A stretch of 64,000 nucleotides of DNA from Dehalococcoidia bacterium (GTDB lineage Bacteria; Chloroflexota; Dehalococcoidia; UBA2979): NCBI GenBank assembly GCA_965262725.1, contig OZ253555.1, positions 1,344,001-1,408,000 on the forward strand, read 5' to 3'. This document shows positions 1 to 9,119 of this stretch, piece after piece; the first letter of the stretch is position 1; every line of letters starts with the position of its first letter. A program made the position numbers and the translations under genes. The notes below the pieces were generated by a model that saw only the letters and a list, made by a program, of their open reading frames with translations, was not told the DNA's origin and searched no databases.

Positions 1-808
1 ACTCGTCCCCGTCCTCCCACACCCGTGCGAGACGCGGCCGCAGGGCGATGAGGCGGCGCACGGCCTCGCCCGTGCGGACCTTCGCCCGCGCCTCGAGCAG
101 GCGCCCCAGGAGCACGAGCGCGACGATCGCCGCCGCCGTGTCGAAGAAGACCGCGCTCTGGATCCCGGCCGCGCGGAACACGCCCGGCGCGAAGGTGGCG
201 AGGACCGAGTAGCCGAAGGCGGCGGTGGTGCCGGCCGCGATCAACGTGTTCATGTCGGCGGAGCCGTGCCGTCCCACGCGCCACGCGCCGGTGTAGAACT
301 GGGCGCCCGCCCAGAGCTGGACGGGGAGTGCCATCGCGAAGAACAGTGGGTGCAGGATTCGAGCCGGGATCTCGTCCAGCCCCGGGAGCCATCGCGTGGC
401 GGGCATCGCCGCGACGAGCACGGCCGCGGTCGCCACCGCGTACACGGTGCGCCGCCGGAGCAGCGCGTAGTCGGCGGCGCGTTCGCGCTCGAACTCGTCC
501 CGGTGTCCCTCATCGGCGGCGTCCCCGCCGGCGAGGCGGATCTCGTAGCCGGCGCCGTCCACCGCCTCGCGCAGCGTCCCAACATCCACGCCGCTCGCTG
601 TGACGGTGGCCTCCTCCGTCGCGAGGTTGACGCTGGCTCTCTCGACGCCCTCGACTGCTGAGAGCGCCCGCTCGACCCGGCGTACGCAGGAGGCGCACGT
701 CATGCCGCGCACGGCGAGGCGGATCTGCCGCCCGCCGACCGTGTCGACGGCCACCCCGGCCTCGCCCTGCGCCCCGGCACCGGGTGCTGGACCGCTCGTG
801 GGGGTCAT
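1..808 (-). CDS. copA: Heavy-metal (Cu+) translocating P1B-type ATPase, 5' part (runs off the window)
   Basis: Manual minus-strand translation from ATG 808 (RBS AAGGGAG) gives an HMA domain with GMTCASC, then TM segments with DMNTLIAAGT and FFDTAAAIVALVLLGRLLE; directly downstream of csoR. Confidence 0.9.
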   Translation of the reverse strand, partial: MTPTSGPAPGAGAQGEAGVAVDTVGGRQIRLAVRGMTCASCVRRVERALSAVEGVERASVNLATEEATVTASGVDVGTLREAVDGAGYEIRLAGGDAADEGHRDEFERERAADYALLRRRTVYAVATAAVLVAAMPATRWLPGLDEIPARILHPLFFAMALPVQLWAGAQFYTGAWRVGRHGSADMNTLIAAGTTAAFGYSVLATFAPGVFRAAGIQSAVFFDTAAAIVALVLLGRLLEARAKVRTGEAVRRLIALRPRLARVWEDGDE

Positions 809-839
809 TCGGTCTCCCTTGCGCACGGCCGCCGCCGCC

Positions 840-1106
840 TCAGCGGTGCGCGAGCAGGTAGAGCTCGGTGAGCTCGCTGAGGACGGGTTCGGGCTCGCCG
901 CCTGTGATCGCGTCGACGACGCAGTGGTGCAGGTGCCCCTCGAGCATCAGCGCCTCCGTCTTCTCCAGCGCGCGGCGGACGGCGTAGCTCTGCTTCAGGA
1001 CATCGACGCAGTAGCTGTCGTTCTCGATCATCCGTCGGATCCCGTCGAGGTGTCCGCGCGCGTAGGCGATGCGGCGGAGAGCATCGGCTCGTGTCTCGGG
1101 GTCCAT
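840..1106 (-). CDS. csoR: CsoR/RcnR family metal-sensing repressor
   Basis: 88 aa; RRIAYARGHLDGIRRMIENDSYCVDVLKQ...HLHHCV gives the Cys-His-Cys CsoR ligand set. Confidence 0.9.
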   Translation of the reverse strand: MDPETRADALRRIAYARGHLDGIRRMIENDSYCVDVLKQSYAVRRALEKTEALMLEGHLHHCVVDAITGGEPEPVLSELTELYLLAHR

Positions 1107-1152
1107 AGGGGGCTCCCTCCGGCCGTCTGCATTCTCCCCTACTCTACGCGAA

Positions 1153-1171
1153 CCTCCCCCCGGGGGGTAGG
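1153..1171. promoter_or_regulatory. Probable CsoR operator (C6/G6 palindrome)
   Basis: CCTCCCCCCGGGGGGTAGG, just upstream of a minus-strand TAGAGT -10 (1141-1146); C/G-tract palindromes are typical CsoR sites. Confidence 0.7.
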
Positions 1172-1271
1172 GGTCTGTTCGCCCACTCGTGTGGCGGGCG
1201 GAGCGTGCTGCTACGATGCCCGCCCGCCCCCGGCCGCGCGGGACGCGGGCGGGCTGAGTGGAGGCCGAGCC

Positions 1272-1478
1272 GTGGGCTGTCCCGTGCACATCTGGGGTCC
1301 CGCCGCCGCCGCACTGCTGCCGGTGGCGCGGATGATGCGCGTGCGCCTCCACGATCGGCTTCGGCTGTGGCGGCGCTCTAGGCCGCGGGGTGGCGCCGCC
1401 GAGGTCGCCGCCGCAGTGGCCCCCGCTCCGCCGCTCACACGCTACGCGCCGGTCGATCCGCACGCCCGGCGCGGGTAG
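1272..1478 (+). CDS. Small hypothetical protein (68 aa, MGCPVHIWGP...)
   Basis: GTG 1272, GGAGG at 1260-1264, extended -10 TGCTACGAT at 1209-1217. Confidence 0.5.
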   Translation: MGCPVHIWGPAAAALLPVARMMRVRLHDRLRLWRRSRPRGGAAEVAAAVAPAPPLTRYAPVDPHARRG

Positions 1479-1501
1479 GCGCAGCGGACGGAGGTCAGCC
1501 C

Positions 1502-2185
1502 GTGGCGCCCGGTACCCCGCCGTTTGGTCCGCCCGACTCGATTCTCGACTCCAGGCGAACCGCGCTCCTGGTCGTCGATGTTCAGAACGACTTCATTCAT
1601 GAGGACGGCCGGTCGGGGCTGCGCTCGGACGGGAACGCGGCCTTCCGCGCGATGGTCGACGACCGCCTCGCGCCGTTCGTCGGGGCGGCGCGCGCGCTCG
1701 GCGTCCTGGTCGTGTGGATCCAGATGGAGAATGCGCCCGAGACGATTTCCCCGGCGAACGCCCGCATCAAGCGCAAGATGTACGGCGCCGATCCCGACGA
1801 CCCCTCCTCCGTCGACATCTGGGAACGCGCCGTCTGCGTGCGCGGAAGCTGGGGCGCGGAGATCTATCTCCCCGTCGAGGCGACCGATCTCGTCGTGTCG
1901 AAGAGCCGCTACTCGGCCTTCATCCGGACGGAGCTCGACGCGACGCTCCGCACCCGCGGCGTGACCACGACGGCGGTCACGGGGGTCGTCACCAACCAGT
2001 GTGTCGAGTCCACCGCGCGCGACGCCTACCAGCACGACTACGACGTGCTGCTCGTCGCCGATTGCGTCGCCGAGCGTTCCCCCGAGGCGCGCGCCGCCAC
2101 CTTCTCCAACATCGAAGGTGGGACCGGCTGGATCTGCGAATCGACCGGCCTGCTTGCTGCATGGCGGCAGCGAGTGGCTGCGTAG
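1502..2185 (+). CDS. Isochorismatase-family cysteine hydrolase
   Basis: ALLVVDVQNDF, K-S-RYSAF, GVVTNQCVESTARDA motifs. Confidence 0.9.
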   Translation: MAPGTPPFGPPDSILDSRRTALLVVDVQNDFIHEDGRSGLRSDGNAAFRAMVDDRLAPFVGAARALGVLVVWIQMENAPETISPANARIKRKMYGADPDDPSSVDIWERAVCVRGSWGAEIYLPVEATDLVVSKSRYSAFIRTELDATLRTRGVTTTAVTGVVTNQCVESTARDAYQHDYDVLLVADCVAERSPEARAATFSNIEGGTGWICESTGLLAAWRQRVAA

Positions 2186-2354
2186 GTCAGCGGAGGCGGC
2201 TCGAGCCCGCCCCCGCCGCGCGGAACCCATCTCCGGCTCGTAGCAGGATCGCGCGGGAGCGCGGTCGGCAGCGGGCGGGAGCATCTCCCGCTCATCTCCG
2301 GCGCGCGGCATGATGGCAGGCGCCGCAGCACGAGCGGCCGCTAGGGGGGACGCC

Positions 2355-3596
2355 ATGCCCGGACCGCTGCCGACCACGGGACCGCTCGAGGGGGTCCGCG
2401 TGCTGGACCTCTCGTGGATCCTCTCCGGCCCCTTCTGCACGATGACGCTCTGCGATCTCGGAGCCGACGTCATCAAGGTGGAGCGGCCCCCGTGGGGCGA
2501 CATGGGGCGCATGAATCGACCGCTCCGCGACGGCGAGTCCGGTTATTTTCTCTCGGTGAACCGGGGGAAGCGCTCGATCTCGATCGATCTGAAGGAGGAG
2601 CGGGGCCGCGATCTCCTGCGGGAGCTCGTGCGCGAGGTGGATGTGCTGGTCGAGAACTTCTCGCCCGGCGCTCTGGACGGGCTCGGCGTCGGCTACGAGG
2701 CGCTCTCGGCCGTCAATCCGCGTCTGGTCTATGCGGCGATCTCGGGCTTCGGGCGGACCGGTCCGTGGCGCGATCGTCCCGCTCTGGACGTGATCGCGCA
2801 GGGCGCGGGCGGCATCATGTCGGTCACCGGACATCCCGGCGGGCTGCCGACGCGACCGGGCAGCTCACTCGGCGACATCACCGCCGGGCTCTACGCGGCG
2901 ATCGGGATCCTCGCGGCGCTTCACGAGCGCGAGCTCTCCGGCCTGGGCCAGCTCGTCGACATCTCGATGATGGACGCGCAGATGGCGATCCAGGAGAACG
3001 CGTTCATGCGCTGGGACATCCTTCGCCAGGAGCCCCAGAAGCTCGGCACCCGCCATCCCACGGCGGTGCCCTTCCAGGCCTTCCCGACCGAGGACGGGTG
3101 GGTCGTGGTCGCACTGGCGTGGGGTGGCGCCGATCAGTGGGGACTGCTCTGTGCGGCGCTCGGTCTCCCCGGCCTGATCGACGATCCGCGCTTCGCCACC
3201 GCCGACGCGCGGACCGATCACCACGCCGAACTCGAGCCGCTACTGACCGAGGCCTTCCGGAGTCGCCCCACGCAGGAGTGGATCGACGAGCTCCTCCCGA
3301 TGCGCATCCCGTGCGGCCCGCTGAATACGATTCCGCAGGCGGCCGCCTCCGAGCAGGCCGCGGCCCGCGAGATGCTCGCGCCCGTCGAGCATCTCACCTT
3401 CGGCGAGGTGAGACTCGTCAACACGCCGGTGAAGCTCTCACGGACGCCCGGCGGCATTCGGGGGAGCTCCCCCGACATGGGAGAGCACGCCGTCGACGTG
3501 CTCTCAGAGCTCCTCGGGATGGGTCCGGACACGGTGGATGCGCTCATCGAGGCGGGTGTCGTGGTCACCGAGCGGGGCATTCCCGACCTCGGCTGA
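2355..3596 (+). CDS. CaiB/BaiF family III CoA-transferase
   Basis: PLEGVRVLDLS..GP, GADVIKVE, NRGKRS, catalytic Asp in SLGDITAG. Confidence 0.92.
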   Translation: MPGPLPTTGPLEGVRVLDLSWILSGPFCTMTLCDLGADVIKVERPPWGDMGRMNRPLRDGESGYFLSVNRGKRSISIDLKEERGRDLLRELVREVDVLVENFSPGALDGLGVGYEALSAVNPRLVYAAISGFGRTGPWRDRPALDVIAQGAGGIMSVTGHPGGLPTRPGSSLGDITAGLYAAIGILAALHERELSGLGQLVDISMMDAQMAIQENAFMRWDILRQEPQKLGTRHPTAVPFQAFPTEDGWVVVALAWGGADQWGLLCAALGLPGLIDDPRFATADARTDHHAELEPLLTEAFRSRPTQEWIDELLPMRIPCGPLNTIPQAAASEQAAAREMLAPVEHLTFGEVRLVNTPVKLSRTPGGIRGSSPDMGEHAVDVLSELLGMGPDTVDALIEAGVVVTERGIPDLG

Positions 3597-3616
3597 GGTC
3601 GCCCGGGCGCGGATGC

Positions 3617-4120
3617 CTAGAGCCCCGGGAAATCCCGGTAGACGATCGGCCGTCGGCGGCCGGTGAAGCCCTCAGCGCGCAGGTAGCGCGGCGTCGCGAG
3701 GATCACGATCGGGCGGTAGTCCTCCGGCGGGTCCGCCGCGCGCCCCGTGAACCGCTCCCGCTTCTCAAGGAAGCACGCGACGCGCTCCGGGTCCTCGATG
3801 AGCTCGGCCATTGCCTGCACGAAGACGTTGACGGGGTCGTTCGCGCGCTCTCGCGGGTGCATCCCGCTGAAGAGCAGTCCCACGTTCGGGTTGCGGCGGA
3901 TGTGCATCGTCTTCGGGTGCACGTCCTGCGTGAGGACCTGGATTCGCCAGCCGTCCATGAAGGGCGTGACCGGCCGCATGCGGGCGAGCCCGTCGCGGCG
4001 GAAGGTAAGGAGGTAGCCGGTGACCCCGTTGCAGTCCGAGAGGAAGGCGTGGACCTCGTCGCGGTGCCGCTCAGCCTCCTCGGGCGGCACGGCCCGCTCG
4101 GCGTCGTACTTTCGTCCCAT
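3617..4120 (-). CDS. PNPOx/split-barrel-like hypothetical protein (paralogue 1)
   Basis: YLLTFRRDG..RPV, KTMHIRRNPNV, YLRAEGF; clearly similar to four other ORFs in the window. Confidence 0.7.
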   Translation of the reverse strand: MGRKYDAERAVPPEEAERHRDEVHAFLSDCNGVTGYLLTFRRDGLARMRPVTPFMDGWRIQVLTQDVHPKTMHIRRNPNVGLLFSGMHPRERANDPVNVFVQAMAELIEDPERVACFLEKRERFTGRAADPPEDYRPIVILATPRYLRAEGFTGRRRPIVYRDFPGL

Positions 4121-4216
4121 CGCGTCCCTCCCCGCTGCGAGGATAGCGACCCGGTGGATCGAGCGGTCGGCACCGGCGGGGCACGGCGCGCTACCGTGGG
4201 CGCGGGAGGCTCCGCG

Positions 4217-5020
4217 ATGCGGCGACCTCGGCGCCATGCGACGTGGGGGGCTGTCGTCGGGGTGGTGGCGGGCGTCCCGGCCCTGCTGCTTCTCGCGTGC
4301 TCCTCCGGAAGCCCGGCCCCTCCCTCCGCAACCCCGGGCGGTCCAGGCACCGTCCTCCCCCCGGCGGAGACGGCGCCCGCGCCGACGGCCACGGTGCCGC
4401 GCGCCTTCGCTCCGCCGGTGCTCTCGGCGAACCCGACGCCTCGGCCGGGTGCCACCGCTCAGCCGAGAGCCGGCGGTGCGGCGGCGGCTCCGCCGGGCGT
4501 CGTCTCCCGGGTCGAGGGACCGGCGACGGTGCTGAGCGTGGTCGGCGTCACGGTGATCGACGTGCTCGTCTCGGGCGACGTCTACCGCGTCCGGCTCGCG
4601 GGTGTCGCGCTCCCGGACGTCTGGGGCGTGGTCGGCTGCTACGGGGAGGAGTCGCGGCTGGTCGTGGAGACGCTCGCCCCGCCGGGAAGCGCGCTCACGC
4701 TTGAGGCGGCGCCCGAGCAGGACGACGACTTGCCCGGCGTCTACGCTTGGTCGGACGAGGGGCTGGTCAACGAACGGCTCGTCGAGGCCGGCTACGCGCT
4801 CGTCCGGGAGTCCGGCGCTCGCGGACGCCACGGGACCGCGCTGATCGATGCCGAGCGGGCGGCCGCCCGCTCCATCTTGGGGCTGTGGGGCGCCGCCGTC
4901 GGCATCGACTCCTACCGAAACGGCGTCGAGTGCGAGTCTCTCAGCGGCTACTTCTCGGCGGCCCACGTCGGGACGTCCTCACTCATCGGTGAGGGCGTTC
5001 CGTATGGCCACTATCGCTAG
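4217..5020 (+). CDS. Lipoprotein with thermonuclease (SNase)-like domain
   Basis: Lipobox LLAC, Pro/Ala/Thr linker, VRLAGV..P, CYGEES, VNERLVEAGYA, ARSILGLWG. Confidence 0.7.
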   Translation: MRRPRRHATWGAVVGVVAGVPALLLLACSSGSPAPPSATPGGPGTVLPPAETAPAPTATVPRAFAPPVLSANPTPRPGATAQPRAGGAAAAPPGVVSRVEGPATVLSVVGVTVIDVLVSGDVYRVRLAGVALPDVWGVVGCYGEESRLVVETLAPPGSALTLEAAPEQDDDLPGVYAWSDEGLVNERLVEAGYALVRESGARGRHGTALIDAERAAARSILGLWGAAVGIDSYRNGVECESLSGYFSAAHVGTSSLIGEGVPYGHYR

Positions 5021-5053
5021 CGGCCACAGCCGCTCGCGTGCGAGGATCTCGTC

Positions 5054-5443
5054 ATGGCGTCGTTGTCTCCGAAGCGAACACCGTGGCGCGGTGGCTCCGA
5101 TCTCTTTCTCTACGACCAGGACTGCTCTTTCTGCCGCGCGTCGGCGGCCTGGCTTCAGAGGCGCGCGCGGCGACCACTCGCGCTCTTGCCACTCGCCGAG
5201 GCGCCGCGAGCCGGCGTGCTCGCGACTCTCGGCGATCGGGAGCGCTGGGCGAGCGCTCACTTCGTGACGGCGGAGGGCGTCCAGTACCACGGCGGGGCGG
5301 CCGTGACGCGCGCCCTCAGGCTCGGGCGCGGCGGCCGCGCGTGGGCGCTCCTCGATGCGCCTCTCCTCGCGTGGCTCCGCGACGCGTGCTACGCGCTCCT
5401 CACGCGTCTTCGCGGGCGGCTCGGATGCCGGGCGTGCCGCTGA
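5054..5443 (+). CDS. DCC1-like thiol-disulfide oxidoreductase (DUF393)
   Basis: LYDQDCSFC (DxxCxxC) motif, 129 aa. Confidence 0.8.
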   Translation: MASLSPKRTPWRGGSDLFLYDQDCSFCRASAAWLQRRARRPLALLPLAEAPRAGVLATLGDRERWASAHFVTAEGVQYHGGAAVTRALRLGRGGRAWALLDAPLLAWLRDACYALLTRLRGRLGCRACR

Positions 5444-5614
5444 GGCATGGGACTCTCGCTCTCCGAGCAGAGGCGATCGGCCCCGGCTCCGAGGCGCCGG
5501 GGCGAGGCATGGAGATGTGCCCCGCGGCCGTGTCGCATCGGCAATGCCGGCGAGGCGGCGAGCGGGAGGCGGTGCCGCGCGGTAGTCTGGTGCGGCGACG
5601 GAGGAGGGCTTCTG

Positions 5615-6310
5615 ATGTTCGGAATGTTCGCGCGGCACAGGACGGCCATGCCCGTCCCCGGCGAGGCGCTGCCCGGTCGCAGGGAACGGATGCCGGTTCC
5701 CGATGCGCACGTCGTTAACGGACACTCGCTCGAGCCGCCGTTTCCGGAGTGGACCGAGAGCGCGCTCGTCGGGATGGGTTGCTTCTGGGGGGCGGAGCGC
5801 CTCTTCTGGGAGGCACCGGGTGTCTACAGCACTGCGGTGGGCTACGCGGGTGGCTACACGCCGAACCCGAGCTATGAGGAGGCGTGCTCCGGCCTTACCG
5901 GCCACACCGAGGCCGTGCTCGTCGTCTTCGACACGCGCGTGACCAGCTACGAGGAGATGCTTCACATCTTCTGGGAGGGCCACGACCCGACGCAGGGGAT
6001 GCGTCAGGGCAACGACACGGGGACCCAGTACCGCTCCGCTCTCTACTGGTACTCCGAGGCGCAGCGACGCGCCGCGGAGGCGACGCGCGAGGCCTACCAG
6101 GAGCGCCTCACCGCGGCGCGCTATGGCAGCATCACGACCGAGCTCGCCCCTGCCGGGGAGTTCTACTACGCGGAGGCGTACCACCAGCAGTATCTGGCCA
6201 AGAACCCGGACGGCTACTGCGGCATTGGAGGCACGGGAATCTCGTGTCCCAGGGGCGTGGCGGGCGTCGGAATCCGTCCGGCGCGCGCCACGGACCTCCC
6301 CGACGGCTAG
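5615..6310 (+). CDS. msrA: Peptide-methionine (S)-S-oxide reductase
   Basis: [36 protein letters not shown]. Confidence 0.96.
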   Translation: MFGMFARHRTAMPVPGEALPGRRERMPVPDAHVVNGHSLEPPFPEWTESALVGMGCFWGAERLFWEAPGVYSTAVGYAGGYTPNPSYEEACSGLTGHTEAVLVVFDTRVTSYEEMLHIFWEGHDPTQGMRQGNDTGTQYRSALYWYSEAQRRAAEATREAYQERLTAARYGSITTELAPAGEFYYAEAYHQQYLAKNPDGYCGIGGTGISCPRGVAGVGIRPARATDLPDG

Positions 6311-6328
6311 CGACTTCCGCGCGGCCCG

Positions 6329-7171
6329 CTACGCGTCGCTCCCCTGGATGAACGCGACGAGGACGGCCGCGGTTTCGGCGGGGCTCTCTTGGTGGGGGAA
6401 GCGCCCCGTATCGGGGATGTGCGCGGCGCGCCCGTCGGGGAGAGCCGCGAGCGCCTTCTCCTCGAACATCGCGATCAGGGGGTCGCGCTCGCCGTAGAGG
6501 AGGAGAGTCGGCGCCTGAACGCGAGGCAGCAGGCCTGCGACGCCGGCGAGCGCGACGCCCCGCTCTCCCCACCGCACCCAGCGCCCCGCCCTCCATCGGC
6601 TCGCGTTCAACTCGTCGCCGATGGAGGGGTCGAGCGTCCCGGAGATGCGCGCGTTCTCGGCGGAATCGCGGGGGAGCGGACGTCCCTTCTCGTCGAACCA
6701 GCCGGGCCGCTCGCTCGCCCGTGCCCGCTCCTCCGTCGTGGCGCGGCCGAGCGCGACTGAGATGAGCACGAGGCGGGACACGCGCTCGGGATGCTCGGCG
6801 GCGAGCAGCGTTGCCACGCATCCGCCGAGCGAGTTGCCGACGAGGGCGGCGCGCTCGACGCCGAGACCGTCGAGTCCTGAGAGCACGTCGGCTGCGCTCT
6901 GCGCGAGCGGGTAGGCGAAGCCTGTCGGCTCCGTGGCACGCGAGTCGCCGTGGCCTCCGAACTCGACGGCGATCACGCGGCGCCCGGAGGCGAGTTCCGG
7001 CGCGACGTGTCGCCAGTCGGCATTCCATCCGCCGAGCTTGTGCAGGAGCACGATGGGCTCATGGTCCGACGTGGCGCCCCGCTCCGGTCCGAGCTCCGAG
7101 AAGGCGATCTCTCCGCCCGGCACCGCGACGCGGCCCGTGCTGCTCCACCCGCCGTCCGGCTGCTCCATCAT
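6329..7171 (-). CDS. Alpha/beta fold hydrolase
   Basis: GNSLGG nucleophile elbow, GHGDS, YGERD. Confidence 0.85.
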   Translation of the reverse strand: MMEQPDGGWSSTGRVAVPGGEIAFSELGPERGATSDHEPIVLLHKLGGWNADWRHVAPELASGRRVIAVEFGGHGDSRATEPTGFAYPLAQSAADVLSGLDGLGVERAALVGNSLGGCVATLLAAEHPERVSRLVLISVALGRATTEERARASERPGWFDEKGRPLPRDSAENARISGTLDPSIGDELNASRWRAGRWVRWGERGVALAGVAGLLPRVQAPTLLLYGERDPLIAMFEEKALAALPDGRAAHIPDTGRFPHQESPAETAAVLVAFIQGSDA

Positions 7172-7200
7172 GGTCGCCTCCGCGAATCTGACGCGTGCCG

Positions 7201-7563
7201 CTACGGCGCGCTCGTCCCCTCGCGCCCGTACGAGTCCTCGAGCCGTACCACATCGTCGAGCTCCGGAGTGCTCGCCTCCAGCACGTCGCAGTCGGTCTCC
7301 GCCCGCAGACGATGCCGGACCCCCGGGGCGATGCGGTAACTCTCGCCGGGTCCCATCCGCCGTTCGCACAGCCCCTCTCCCTCGTCGACGGCGAGCAGGA
7401 GGGTGCCTCTCTGCACGTGAATCGTCTCGTCCTTCGTGTGGTGGTACTGCAGGCTGAGCTGGTGTCCCGCGTCCACGTGCAGGACCTTACCCACGTAGCG
7501 CTCCGTGTGTGCCCAGATCAGCTCGTAGCCCCACGGCTTCGAGACGCGGCGCGGCACATCCAT
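7201..7563 (-). CDS. Cupin protein (mannose-6-phosphate isomerase type II C-terminal-like)
   Basis: KPWGYE..LSLQYHHTKDET..HRL..DVVRLEDSYGR. Confidence 0.85.
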   Translation of the reverse strand: MDVPRRVSKPWGYELIWAHTERYVGKVLHVDAGHQLSLQYHHTKDETIHVQRGTLLLAVDEGEGLCERRMGPGESYRIAPGVRHRLRAETDCDVLEASTPELDDVVRLEDSYGREGTSAP

Positions 7564-7642
7564 CCCCGGCCCCCGATCTCGGGCGGAACGCCGCCTCCGG
7601 TCGCGTCCCCGCCCGGCCGTCGCGTGCGGACCGCACCCCGCC

Positions 7643-8860
7643 TTAGCCGCGAGGGAGGCCGAGTCCACGCGTTGCGATGATGTTTCTCTGGATCTCGTTC
7701 GTGCCGCCGAAGATCGTGTAGACGACGCTGTGCACGTACTCCTGGGTAAAGAGCGCCCCCATAGGCGCGTGTATGTCGCCCTCGTCCCAGAGGCCTCCAT
7801 AGAGGCCGAAGATCTTGGTCCCCGTCCGCGAGAGCGCCTGCCTCAGCTGCGAGTCCACGATCTTCGAGGTGGACGCCTCGTAGTTGGGGACGGTGCCCGT
7901 CGCCTGCATCGAGATGATCCGCAACGAGAAGTTGAAGAGCACCTCGGATGCGACGTAGTGGTCGGCGATCGCGTCGCGGTGGGCCCTCGCGCGGGCCGCG
8001 TGGATGCCTCCGTCCTCGCTGGAAACGTAGCCGATGAGGTCGATGATACGCCGACGGTTCAGCTCCGCGCCGGCGATGTTGGAGCGCTCGAAGTCGAGCA
8101 GCGTCATCGCGACGTACCACCCGCGGTTCTCCTCGCCGATCAGCTGGTCGGCGGGGACGCGCACATCCTCGTAGAAGGTCTCGTTGGTGGCGTGCTCCCA
8201 CCCCATCGAGTCGATCCGGCGTATATCGATGCCCGTCGTCCTCTCGTCCATCACGAGGAAGGAGATGCCGCGGTGCTTCGGCGCGTGGGGATCGGTGCGG
8301 AAGAGCCCGAAGATCCAGTTCGACTTGTGTGCGCGCGAGGTCCAGAGCTTCTCGCCGTTGATCACGTACTCATCGCCATCGCGGTCGGCCCGGGCCTGCA
8401 GGCTCGCCAGGTCGGAGCCGGCGCCCGGCTCCGAGAAACCCTGCGCCCAGAGCATCTCGCCGGTGAGCGTCGGCTCGAGGAAGCGCCGCTTCTGCTCCTC
8501 GCTCCCGTGCACCAGAATGGTCGGTCCGAGCATCGACACACCCTGGCCGCCGACCGGCGGGGCTCCGGCGCGCGCCATCTCCTGGTTGAAGATGAAGTGC
8601 TCGACGGTGGAGAGGCCGGCGCCGCCGTACTCGCGGGGCCAGTGTGGGGCGACCCACCCGCGTTCCTGCAGCGCCTCCATCCATTCGCGCGCGGCCGCGC
8701 GCGCCTCCTCGGCGCCCAGCACGAACTCCGCCTGCCAGTCGCCCGTCTCCAGGCCCACCGGCTCGCCGTGATCGCGGAAGTGGCGGGGGAGCCGGCCGTC
8801 GATGAACGCCCGGACTTCCGCACGGAACGCCGCCTGCTCCGGCGTGTCGGCCCACTCCAT
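7643..8860 (-). CDS. Acyl-CoA dehydrogenase
   Basis: QGFSEPGAGSDLASL, NGEKLWTS, GGTNEIQRNIIA. Confidence 0.95.
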   Translation of the reverse strand: MEWADTPEQAAFRAEVRAFIDGRLPRHFRDHGEPVGLETGDWQAEFVLGAEEARAAAREWMEALQERGWVAPHWPREYGGAGLSTVEHFIFNQEMARAGAPPVGGQGVSMLGPTILVHGSEEQKRRFLEPTLTGEMLWAQGFSEPGAGSDLASLQARADRDGDEYVINGEKLWTSRAHKSNWIFGLFRTDPHAPKHRGISFLVMDERTTGIDIRRIDSMGWEHATNETFYEDVRVPADQLIGEENRGWYVAMTLLDFERSNIAGAELNRRRIIDLIGYVSSEDGGIHAARARAHRDAIADHYVASEVLFNFSLRIISMQATGTVPNYEASTSKIVDSQLRQALSRTGTKIFGLYGGLWDEGDIHAPMGALFTQEYVHSVVYTIFGGTNEIQRNIIATRGLGLPRG

Positions 8861-9119
8861 CTCCGCCCCCTTCTGGTCGCCGAGCCGACTCTACCCGAGT
8901 GGGCGCGGGCGGGGGAACCACCGTGCGATCCGGGACCGCGCCCGCGCCCGCTTGCATCGCCTGAGGGTTGCGCAGCGTGGGGGGAGGCGGCACGACGCCG
9001 GCCGATCCGTCTCGCTCGCCCGTGGCGATCGCACCCTGTACGGTGGCCGAGCTGAGGTTGGGGCGTCCCGCGACTCCCACCACGGAAGTTCCGCGTGAAT
9101 TCTGGTGGGAGTGTCGGCG

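Noticed and set aside
2414-4216. Very long ORFs such as 2414-5020, 25108-27948, 33660-36047 and 21438-23570, and many antisense ORFs
   Set aside because: GC-rich shadow extensions; only the 3' parts carry recognisable domains with their own starts
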